From positions 1 to 64,000 of IMG/VR virus record IMGVR_UViG_3300033463_000089: a stretch of 64,000 bases of DNA; one strand, given 5' to 3'. Position 1 is the stretch's first letter. Each line of letters opens with the position of its first letter. This DNA comes from a virus. The notes below the pieces were generated by a model. The model worked only from the letters and a program-made list of their open reading frames with translations. It was not told where the DNA came from and made no database searches. Positions 19,500 through 30,400 of the stretch are shown one piece after another. The translations under genes were made by a program, and so were the position numbers.

Positions 19500-19703
19500 A
19501 TGGAAATCAAGAACATATCTTTCAATATCTACGCCAGCTCTGACGAAGAAGCGGAACGTGGCAGACAAGCTATCGTCAAGTTCATCAACATCATGGGACA
19601 GCACGGGGCGAGAGTAACTGGCAACAAGATCGCCGAAGCCGTGAGCAAGCTGAACTCCAATTCGTTTGTCACAAGCCAGATAATCAAATTCTTCAAAGGT
19701 TAA
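19500..19703 (+). CDS. Hypothetical small protein
   Basis: 67-aa ORF. Preferred over the antisense ORF 19434..19808 because all neighbours are on the plus strand. Confidence 0.4.
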   Translation: MEIKNISFNIYASSDEEAERGRQAIVKFINIMGQHGARVTGNKIAEAVSKLNSNSFVTSQIIKFFKG

Positions 19704-19761
19704 AAAGGAATCAGAAATGACTTCCTTCCCACAAAAAGGAACGAAATAAAGGAATAGAACT

Positions 19762-20010
19762 ATGGAACAGGAACAGAAACAATTCAAATGTACGGGCGAC
19801 TGCACCAAGTGCCACCCGGTACAACGTCAGTACTGCTCATCGCAGAAAGGCTACGACAACCAACGGCTATTGCTCGACCTCATGGGAGCCGTAGAGGAAC
19901 TGAAAGCCAAGATAGAGGCCATACAGGACAATGAAGCCTTGGTGTTCGTGCCGGAAGAAAAATCGGAAATTCCGACTTTACCTACAGCGCAAGAAGGGGA
20001 CGGCGCATAG
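19762..20010 (+). CDS. Hypothetical small protein with CxxxCxxC motif
   Basis: 82 aa, with an N-terminal CTGDCTKCHPVQRQYC. Confidence 0.45.
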   Translation: MEQEQKQFKCTGDCTKCHPVQRQYCSSQKGYDNQRLLLDLMGAVEELKAKIEAIQDNEALVFVPEEKSEIPTLPTAQEGDGA

Positions 20011-20053
20011 AATAGACTCCCCGAAATAACTAACAACACAAAAACTAAACTTT

Positions 20054-20503
20054 ATGAATGGTAACAATGGAAAGACATTCGTGGTCTCATTGACTACGGT
20101 GCCCGGCGGTACTGCCGCCAACGCCAACTATCTGCTGGCACTCGACCACTACACATGTGGAAACCGCAAGCTCTGCACGCAGGGCGAAATGTTCCCCGTC
20201 ACGGCTGACCTAAAGGCAACGGCACTCGGTACTCCCGTAGATGTGGGCAACGGCTCGTTCTGCCAAGAGGTGCTTATCTCCGGCACTTGCACCTATATGC
20301 CCTACAAGTGCGGCTGTCAGTGCGGCGTCTGTCCTCAGACGGAAAACATCTATTGCGTGGTGTGTGTGCCCTGCTCGTCTAACGCTACGCCGACGCTTGC
20401 CATCGGTAACTCGGTAGCCTCTCCGACCAACGTACAGCCTTGCTGCAACGTGACTAACTGCATCGCCGTGACTACGACGCTGAACGTAACGACTGGAGCT
20501 TGA
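20054..20503 (+). CDS. Cysteine-rich protein (14 Cys), function unknown
   Basis: 149 aa. Cys clusters YKCGCQCGVCPQ, IYCVVCVPC and QPCCNVTNC. No signal peptide seen. Confidence 0.55.
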   Translation: MNGNNGKTFVVSLTTVPGGTAANANYLLALDHYTCGNRKLCTQGEMFPVTADLKATALGTPVDVGNGSFCQEVLISGTCTYMPYKCGCQCGVCPQTENIYCVVCVPCSSNATPTLAIGNSVASPTNVQPCCNVTNCIAVTTTLNVTTGA

Positions 20504-20895
20504 TGAACTGGATAGATATTGCGAGTATAGTGTTCGTCTGTGTGACGGCAAACCATCTCGGACTGATAGGGACAATAGAGGAAATAATGGGGAAAATTCC
20601 CCTATTTAAGAAGTATGTTCCAAAATGGAACCACCTGCCTATTATCAGTTGCCCAAGGTGCTTTACACTCTGGTCTGTCCTCGCATACGGATTGTGGTCA
20701 GTCGGTTTTTCCGACATACCGCTGATACTCGCAGTATCTTTCCTCGCAAGCTATACCGCGATATGGCTTGAACTGCTTGAAGGATATATCGACACATTAT
20801 ACATGAAGCTATATGGGAAGATTACATCAGACAACACAGACGACACGACTGCCGCAGACCCCGACAAGGGTAATTCCGCAGGCTCCGTGTCCTAA
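20503..20895 (+). CDS. Multi-pass membrane protein (holin-like candidate)
   Basis: The track ORF starts at TTG 20500. ATG 20503 overlaps the previous stop (TGATG). There are 3-4 hydrophobic helices and a charged C-terminal tail. Confidence 0.45.
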   Translation: MNWIDIASIVFVCVTANHLGLIGTIEEIMGKIPLFKKYVPKWNHLPIISCPRCFTLWSVLAYGLWSVGFSDIPLILAVSFLASYTAIWLELLEGYIDTLYMKLYGKITSDNTDDTTAADPDKGNSAGSVS

Positions 20896-20937
20896 TTGTA
20901 GCAATCCTACAAAATCAGCAACTAAAACGAGAAGAAA

Positions 20938-21420
20938 ATGAATCAAGAAGAAATGAAGCAGGAGTTTCATGCCCTCTTTAACTTAATGGCGAACTCCAAC
21001 AAAGTAGAGTTTATGCACGCCTTCGGACAAGTGCATAAGGAAATGATGGACTGGTTCATAGCCAACAAGCCGGAACTGGCACAGGAATGGCTGGAGAAAC
21101 TGGAGTCTATCAAGTGGAAGAACTACCTCACTCCCAAGGAGGCACAGCGCATCGTTGACAAGATGGAGCCGAAAGCACCTTGGACGAAAGAGCAATGGGC
21201 CAACGCCATGCAGCAGAAAGGCTTTGAACTGGAGAAAGAGCCTTGCTACAACCGCTGTGCCCTGTGGGTGACAATGAACATGATAATGAGCGATTCTTCG
21301 GAAACTCTCAGCAAGTACGTCGAGGAAGGCTATATCTTCAAACTCGTCTACGACCTGGCCGTGGATAAGCTGACCGACGCTGATTCACGCTTCAACGTCC
21401 GCGCCTATTTTGGTATCTGA
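20938..21420 (+). CDS. Hypothetical protein
   Basis: 160-aa ORF, last of the plus-strand block, followed by a hairpin. Confidence 0.55.
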   Translation: MNQEEMKQEFHALFNLMANSNKVEFMHAFGQVHKEMMDWFIANKPELAQEWLEKLESIKWKNYLTPKEAQRIVDKMEPKAPWTKEQWANAMQQKGFELEKEPCYNRCALWVTMNMIMSDSSETLSKYVEEGYIFKLVYDLAVDKLTDADSRFNVRAYFGI

Positions 21421-21443
21421 CACCTGCCGTGTTGGTACAACAA

Positions 21444-21470
21444 GGGCTGACATCTTCGTGGTGCCAGCCC
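21444..21470. terminator. Hairpin between convergent genes (possible bidirectional terminator)
   Basis: GGGCTG (21444-21449) and CAGCCC (21465-21470) form a perfect 6-bp stem with a 15-nt loop. It sits between the stops at 21420 (+) and 21498 (-). No strong U-tract. Confidence 0.4.
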
Positions 21471-21497
21471 CTATTATATTATAATGTACGCGCGAGG

Positions 21498-24400
21498 CTA
21501 CTGAATCTTATCGAGTCCTCTTACGGTGTTCTCCATAATCTGGTCCATACGCATCTGAGCGGCTTCTTTCTGGGATTCGGTCTTCTTTGGATCGTCACAA
21601 ATCTTCTTTTGCTTATTGTAAGCCTTCAAAGAGTCGCTCATTATTTCCATTTTGGTAGCCTTAATACTGTCCGCAATAGAAATCTCCTTCATTTTTGCAA
21701 TCGGGTCTTTGGCACCAAATTCCTTCAACGAGTTCATCTGTGTCTTGAAGTCTTGCAACTGGTCTTTGTAGTAATACCACTTGTTCCTTGTTCTCGCCTG
21801 CTTATTCTGTTCTGTAGGAGAGTAATGAAACTTTCTTAGGATGGGAGTCTTGTCGCTTGATACGACATCTCTTAAAGTCGAGTTATCTTCTTTTATCATT
21901 CTATAGACGTGGGCGAGGTTTCCGGCAGTCTTACCAAGTCCTGCAAAGTAACTTTCCACAATGTGCTGAGCAATTGACGGGTCCGTCAGCCATCCATCCA
22001 AGCCTTTCTGGTTGTAATCGGCCTCAGAAATCATTTCCTCGTCAACTCCAAGCTTCTTCAACTTTTCCTCTGAGTAATCGTTGGTTGCTGCATTCCACTT
22101 CTTTGCAAGGCTCATATAAGCCTTGTTTACACTTCTATAAGCGCGTGTATGTCTTGGCTTTGAATCATTACCATAGTTTTCTTTCTCTATCGGTCTGCCA
22201 TAATAATTCTCGTTAAAACCTATCTCCAGAATTGGCCTTGCTGCACTTGGAGTAAAGTTGACAAGCGGGTTTCCTGGATGCTCACCCATGAAGTCAATAG
22301 GCAGTATCTGCGTCAACTGCGTAGTCACATCCTTCCAAACAGGCTTCTCTGATTTTAGGTCTGGATATTCGGTGTATCCTGCTGCCATATCTCCAATACC
22401 ATACATTGCTCTCAGTTCGATTGGAAGAGCGCAATACAAGAATTGTCCCTTGCCTATATACAGGCAGAGATTATTTCTTCTGATATATTCAGGAAGTTCG
22501 GCATAAGGATTCTTGATACCACCACGCTTGTCTTCGTCCTCCGAATCAATAAGACCTTGATTAATCCAACTCATAATGAAGGCACCAAGAGCAAAGCCGG
22601 TGAATACCGTGCTTGCCTTGATGGTGTGGTCTCTAAATAGCTTTGCGGCATTGTTCAATCCTTGCACTCCTGCATTATAGAACATGATGTAGTCTTGACC
22701 ATACTGTGCGGTTCTTGCAGCTACAAGAGCATTCATCCTCTGCAGGACGCTTCCATCTTTATTTACATCGCGTGTCTTGTATCCGGCACCCTTGCGGTTG
22801 AAGTTTACGCTTACCTCCTTGGCATCACTGACGGAGCGTGTTATAGAGCGTCCCATCTGTCTTGATGTCATATAGGTGGCGAATCGTGCCATATTCTCGG
22901 CTCGCTCATTCATTACCTCAATGGCGTGTGGCAATAGGTCGAATATATCCTTGCCGCCTCTAACCAGCTTTCTGCCGACATCCGAAGCGGTAAGTTTGCC
23001 ACTCTTCAAACTTTGCCAATCTTCCTTGGTTACGCGGTTTCTGATTGTATTCACGTTCTCCTTTACCAGCTTCTTCCACTTGTCGATGTTCTTACTTTCT
23101 ACCCAACCAGTCTCACCGCCATTCTTCATAAATTCACTGAAATAGCGGTCAGTTGGGTTGGACATATTTAATTCGCCTTTCTTGTAACGATTAAATAGAT
23201 TGGTTTTCATTAACGGAACCCCTGCGGCTACTCGACCGAAACCTCTACCAAAATAGTTAACCACCCATTGTGCAAAGTATTTTGAACTTTCTTTTATACC
23301 AATAGCAGATGCAGAGAATATCGCATCGCGCTCAGCGTTACTAATTATAAAGTCTGGGTTATATGAAGTGGCTAACTTTGCAATGACATTCTTTATACTC
23401 GACATATACGCAAAGTTACCTCTGCGCTCTGCCTTCAACTGTCCGTTGATGGCTTGTGCTGCTCTCGGACTACCATTGATGATGAACGAATGCTTTTCAC
23501 CGTTTATCCACACATCAACGATATGCTGTGCTTTATGCTCTCTGTCCGCAGGACGGAAAGGAATGTTGCTATTCTGACGAACACGCTTTGCATCGCCAGC
23601 GGCCTGCTTGGTTTTCATGTCCTGATTATACTGCTCAATTATCTGTGCAATATCATCGGCCTTGGCTCCCTCGGGAATATCGGGGAACTTTTCTACCCAT
23701 ATTTCGTTGCCTGCTGGATTGTACTGCTTCTCTGCCCACAGATAAGACAACTCGGTTACAAGTCTGTTGTCTGCCTCCACTTCGTTATAGTGGTTACGGA
23801 CAAATCTTGCAAACGCCTGCTTCATCTGATTTCTCAAAGCGCGATTGATGGCATTACTACTCATGGCACCCAAGGCTGCAAATACGTCTATATCTGCAAG
23901 GCTCTCGCGTCCCTTGGCATTCATCAGAACGGGGCCTGCCCACTTGCGGTCGCTTCCGTGTTCTTCCAAATAGTCGTAGACCTCTTCGGCGGTCTTTTCG
24001 TTATAACCCCTCAGAGGAACATACCACTCGAACATCTGACTTACCTTGTCGTGCTTCTCCTTGGAATCAATACCGCCCTCATATTCAGTGTCAAGCCCGA
24101 ACTGAGAAACGGCCTTTGTCTTATCCCAAAGATTCTTGACACGCGCATCGCCAAGCATAGATTCTATGCTCATCACTTCGTCTATAGCATCTGAGTCTAC
24201 TGTCTGGTCCCAAACGCCGTATAAGTCTGTAAGACCAGAGTAATCTTTATCTCCAACCTTATACTCCGGCAAGTTGTGCTTTATCCAGTTGTCGACCTCT
24301 TCAAAGTACTCACGGAGGTCTATATCTCCCCTTCGCAATTCGTCTCTGAGGTCATTCATGGTAACGAGATAGTCCTGCTCTAATTGGTCGGCCTTTGTTT

Positions 24401-27400
24401 TGTCTGTATTCCTAATGTCGCGCAGGGAGTCTCTGACGAACAACACGCGGTTGCGCTCCAAACCATGTTTCTTAATCATGTAGAGCTGCAGGTTTTTCAA
24501 CTGCTCATCAACGCCCTTACCCATATCAGGAAGGATGGCGGCTACGGCCTTATCCAAAGGCTCCATATAGTCACGGTTGAAGAGGAAGTCAAGCTGCTCT
24601 TCCTTGCTCGACATTTGGTTTTCCAACAACACAAAGTTTTCTGCTGACGGAATATCTTCTATCTTCTTTACACCACTGATTGAGCGCATCAACTCTATAG
24701 CGCTTTGCATAGCGTCGATATGCGCCTCTTTCCATACATATCCTATGCGCTTCAATGAACGCTCATAGTTCCTGCGCTGGTTCTTGACGGATGGGGTGTG
24801 TCTGAACAAAGTCTTTCCGCTACCGGGGAAGTATGGCACATAACTCTCCGTGTTGTCGGCAGCACCTTCACTATCATAGGCAAACTCGCCATTCTTCACC
24901 TTGGCTTCGTATTTCTCCTGTCCGAGTTTGTATAGCAAAGCTTCGCGCTCAATCTGATTCATGACATTGCCCTTTTCAAGATTGTGCTTACTCAGCCACA
25001 CCATATACTTAACGTCTGATATACTCGGACTCATGGTGAAGCCTACACTTCTCAAAGCATCGGTCATAACGTTCTTCACCTTCTGCCACATCGACAAATC
25101 GCCGTAGCCCTTTTCTGCTGCATCAGCAAGGAACTCGTCAATAGTGCGGTATGTATCGAAACCGTTCTTGGCAAGGTTCTCTTCCATGTACTTGCTTAAC
25201 TCTTCGTTCTTCAAGTCAAAGAGCAAAGAGCGCATATAACTCTTATACGCCTTCTCTCCAAGCAATTCACGGAAACCATAATGTCCTATAGTCTCGTGGG
25301 CAATAGTCTTCTCTGCATCGTAGGTATCTTTGACGTGAGGAAGATACAGGTAAATCTTCTTCTTGCCATCCTCACCAATCTCTACCCAACCGGGAACTTC
25401 TTTGCCAGCCGCGATAGCGTCCTTGACATCCTTATTCTTAATCTGGTCGGGAGAGGTAATAGCCTCAAAGTCAACATTCAGCTTCTTGGCAAGCTTTCGT
25501 CCTGCCTCTTCCTTTCGACGGAAATCAGCGTCAATAGTATTCTCGCTGCCACGGCTACGCATACGGGTTTCTGTTTCTTCGACATCTTCGAGCATGAAGC
25601 CGTCTTTTCCGTAAACATCACCCTTGTATTGTTCGTTATACTTGGCGTTGGCGTCAATAACGACAACGGAGCCATCTTTCTGCTCTACAATATTCCCATG
25701 ATGGGTATCTTTGACATAATACTTTTCGTTTCCAAACTCCAACCCGTCGCCGTAAATGTCGGACATACCCCTTTCTTCAAAGTATTGTTCAACCTTCTTG
25801 TCGATGCCATTCTGGAAATACTCTTCCATACTATACTGCTTGCCTTGGATAAAAGGCTGCTCGACAACAACATTAAACCTACCTTCCTTGTCACGGGAGA
25901 ATCCGACAACCTTATAAGCTGATTCAGGGAAAAGCTTATTAAAGACTTCGATATTTCTTAAAGCCTTTAATAAACCGCCATCGTTACGCTGGTATGGGTC
26001 GTTGAATTTTGTGATAGTCTTTCCGTCGGGCGAGAGATAAACACGGCTCTCACCACCCTTGGTAAGCATCTTTCCGTCGTAGGAAGATTTGGCAAACTCG
26101 TCCTCTTCCTTCCAATAGCCGGATGCCTTAGCCCAGTCTTCTACGGATTTTTCTATCTGCGCTCTTACAGGTTTGTCTGCATCATGCTCCGCGCGAATTG
26201 AAGCTGCTGCTGGAACTCCTCCCTTGTCTGCGGATATGATTTCTGCACCGATATGCGCCGCTGTAAGGCCTGTGCGCCCGCTTTCCGTATCTTCTCGTCC
26301 AAGGCGTGCTCGCCCGGAAACGACTCTTGATGCAAGTTCGTTGACTGTCTCATTGTACTGCTCTCCTTCTTTTTGGGGCAAAGATAAGAATAAATCCTCA
26401 GACTTCTCGTCTTTGCGCTCGTTATTTAACTTTTGTTCGGTTTTCTCTCGCTTGCGGAATCTTGTTGTCGGCTTATCCTCCAACTGCATGGTCTCGGCAT
26501 TGAACTCCTTGCCACTCTCGCGGTCAAAATCATACTCTACCTTCTGGTCGGGGTGTTCCTCGTTCCAATCGTCGATAACCTTTCTCGCCTCACGATCGCT
26601 CATGATACGATTAGCCTTGAAAGCACCGGCAACATACCAACCGATACGGTCGGCCTGCGAAGCTTCCTTGTTGGCATTGGTTGCCTTCATGTAGAAACCA
26701 TCCTCGGGGATATGTGTCGGTATGTCCTTGTCGGGATTCATGTTGGCCTCGTTCTGATAGTTCTTGTCGGCAGGCACTTCGCCCTCAACCCAAACAAATT
26801 TGTCATCACGAAGGTTTCTGTCCCTACCCTTGCCTATCTGACGCATGGAAGGTAATGAGCCGGCGTGCCAACCTGGGCGCATAGCGAACTCGCCAACTTG
26901 ACCACTTCCATTGATACCAATGTTCATATACTTGCGGTTCTCGCCCTCATATCTGCGCTGACCTCTCTCGGTGGCTGATATTCTCACAAAACGCTGCCCG
27001 TTGGCGGCTGCTTCGTTAATCATGTCAACAGACGGGTTCTTTCCAACCTTAACGCCTTTCTCTTTTGCATACTCTTCCAGCGTCTTATAAGTTCCATTGG
27101 CATAATCGACAATGAAAGTACCCTCCGGCATCTTCTTCAAGATGCTCATGTCGGGACTATCTGCATCGTACCACTTACCCAACTCCGTGGGATTTGCTGA
27201 ATCAATAAACAGAGGATAAAGCTTGCCGTCTTCCCCTAATCTCATCAGCTTATAGACCTTCTGTGTCTTCTTTGGCTCTTCTTTCTCTCTCAGACGGAAA
27301 CGGGTGGTAGTTCCCGGCTCCTGCGTCGTACCATTCAGACTGTCAGCAAACTTTCTTGCATCTTCCTCGGTCTTGAAGTGGAAAGCTTTCTTGAATCGGT

Positions 27401-30400
27401 TATAGTAACCGTCATACGCCTTTGCTCTACGCTCTACGGCGCGGTAGTCGTTATCGCTCAATCTTGCGCCATTGTAGCTAACAAGGTGCATATCATCGCC
27501 AGTACGGGTGTTCTTGTCAAGCTTATACTGATAGTCGCTCTTAGGCTGTGCCCCTCTTTGCGCAATATCTCTTATCTGCTCAACGACGGTTGATGTCCGA
27601 GCATTTACGGGCTCATTCAAATCTAACTTCTCGCCAGTCTGCCAATCAATACCTGCATTTCTGAGGATATTCTTTGAGCGCTCCGACAGTCTGAAATCAT
27701 TGCTGTGTGCGGCAACAATATTCATTCTGATACCATCCTCAGTTAGACTTGAATTGTTCGGATTCTCTCTGACTGCTGTTTCGGCAATAGTATTAATGCG
27801 CTCTCTCTTCTCTTGACGAATACGCTCGGTCTCGGCTTCTCGCTCTTGTATCCTGCGCCTGGTCTCCTCGTCACGCTCGCGTACCATCCTATCCATTTGG
27901 TCGGCGGTAACGCCCATCACGTTCTCCAGAGTCTTAATAGCTTGCTGGCAATAATCCTTGATAGCATCAATGGCAGGAATCTTGTCTTTTCCTCTGCCAT
28001 ACGTCTTATTATTGTATTTTCCGTATTCAAGCTCTTCAGGATTCTCCATCGTCTGTTTGAGGTTCTTATACCAGATAAGAGCGCTCTGCATACTCGGATT
28101 GTTGAGGTCGAGGCGTATTTCTGCCACATCATAGCGAGACCTACTGCGTACAACCAACAAATCGCCATAGATATTGAAATCGCTTGTAAACGGGTTGCTC
28201 TCCAGAGCTTTTTTAGTTTTCAGCGCCTTCTTTGTATTAATAGCCACTTGGTCAATGGTTCGCTCTGGCATACGGACAGTTCTCAACTGCTCGAACATAT
28301 CCTCCACGGTCTTGGCGTTGCTAATATCAAACGTAACCTTTTGCGGAGCTTTCCTCCTCATTTCCTCTCTCGATACTTTATCAATAACAAGTATGCGAGT
28401 CCGAACGCTTGTTCCTGCTCTTCCAAATGCGACATCAGGAAGTTTTACCTCGCCAATTACTACGGCAGAACCATTTACTCCGTCATAGCCGGTTGAGGCA
28501 AGCCAAGCGTCAACACGTTTTTCTGTTGCTGGGCCGTCTGGGATGATAGCAATCAGTCGGCCACCCTCATTAAGATGCTTAAATGCTTTGCCAACGTGTT
28601 CCATGGCAGTCTTGCCACCAACGCCATACGGCGGGTTCATCAGAATAGCATCGTGCTTATTCTGCAAAGGATAGTCCTCAAATGTCTTTTCTTCAAACTT
28701 TCTGCCGGGGCCGCCAGCTCGCATCTGCAAGCGAGAGAACAAAGCAGCACTTGGCTCTACGGCAGTCAAGGGGTTCGTCTCAGGCACATATCTCGCAATG
28801 GCTCCATGACCGGCACTCGGCTCCAAAACGCTTTCTTCGTCAAGAAGCTGTGCCCATTCCACCATCTTCCAACCTATAGGCTCAGGTGTCGGGAAGTAGT
28901 CAACACCCTCGCGGTTATCACGGCCTCTCTTCATCTTCTGATTGCCGTAGTAATCACTAATAGCGACATCGAAGCCGTCTTTCACACCTCGGCTGGCGAC
29001 CTGTCCGTCCATATCTTTACCACCAAATCCCTGACGCTCGTAGTCTATCTCGCCACTGTTCTCCAATACGGCATTGGCAATACTCTGGCGCAGGTTTCTT
29101 GCCTTGCTTCCAAGGGCAAGATTCTCGGTGGTTCCTAAAGCACTATTAAACTTCTGTGCAAACAGACTGGTTTCAAGATCAAGGCCAAGGAGAGGATACT
29201 CAAAGACGGCGTTACTCTTCTGACCTATTCTATATATACGACCTTCTATCTGAATAAATGCAATAGGACTCTGAGGTAAAGCAAGGTTGATTTCCACTCT
29301 CTGATGCTCACCGGTTTGGTCGTGCAAAGAGATACCTTCCTTACCGCTGGCTTCTTGAATGACGATAATATCTTTACCGCCATTATCTTTCATAAAGTCC
29401 TCTACGCTTGTATGCTTAGTCTTTTTGTTTTCAGCACCAGAGAAGAATCCTATGTTCTTCTCACCGAACACCTTTGCTATCTGGTCTCTTGGGAGGGTAT
29501 AGTCCAGCGTTTGCTCCCACTGCAACATATCCTTAAAGTCTGTCTCGAAGGCATGAATAGCAGAAAGAAGCTCCGATTTCTTATGCTGGTCTTGCATAGC
29601 CTCGGCCTCTATTCTTGCCATTGTCAATGCTCTTTCAAACGGTGGCTCCAAATCTCCGCTGGTTCTTCTGCGATGGAACACAACCACTTTCTGCCCTCTC
29701 TTCAAATGCTCTTTGATGCGGTCAATGACAAGCGAGGTTTTCATGGCCTCAAACAGAGCCGTTGAATAGTTGTAATCAAACGCCTTGCGGAATGTCTCTG
29801 CAAGAGGCTGATACTTCTTGTTGCGATACACCTCGCTCATGGCCTGGTTAAATCGGCCTGCATGGTCAAGAGTTAATACGGGGAAGTCTCTTGAATAGTC
29901 CCATTCGGAGTCAATCATGCGACCACTCATGGTCTGTAGATTGTTCTGCAAGTAGTCAGAGAAATCTATCTCCTGCCTACCAAGTGCTTCTTGGTTACTG
30001 ATGTGACTCTCCAAACGTCCGTATCTCCAACGATAACCGCCTGGGAATGTCTGCTCCAAGAAAGCTTCCTCGGGTGAGCGATGATTGTATGTACCGATAG
30101 TTTCTTTGTCTTCCTCGGGATAGCTGAAAATATAACCCTCTGCGTACTTCAAATTTTCGCGGGTATTGAACGGTGTTGCAGAAAGGAACACGGTTTTTGT
30201 TACCTTAGAATCTATCTCTGCCTGTGCTCGTTTACTCTCACGAATAGGCTGCTGCTCAGCAGGAATCTCTGCCAGACGCTGCTGCACCTCCAACTGACGT
30301 TTGTTGAGGCGGTCTTTCAGGGCCTCATCTTCTTTTGAAAGATAATCCTTGTCGTCAAGTTCTTCTATCTTGGCGGCATTTTCCTCAAACTCTTTTCTAA

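Noticed and set aside
19434-19808. 124-aa minus-strand ORF.
   Set aside because: It conflicts with two plus-strand small ORFs in an otherwise all-plus block. There is no promoter box, and the product is Phe/Cys-rich and odd.
23454-29765. Long plus-strand ORFs inside the giant gene (for example 23454-24194, 25281-25922, 27813-28496, 28575-29138 and 29304-29765).
   Set aside because: They are antisense shadows of a clearly coding minus-strand frame. Their translations are Leu/Ser/Cys/Phe-rich with no motifs, no promoter boxes and no coupling to neighbours.
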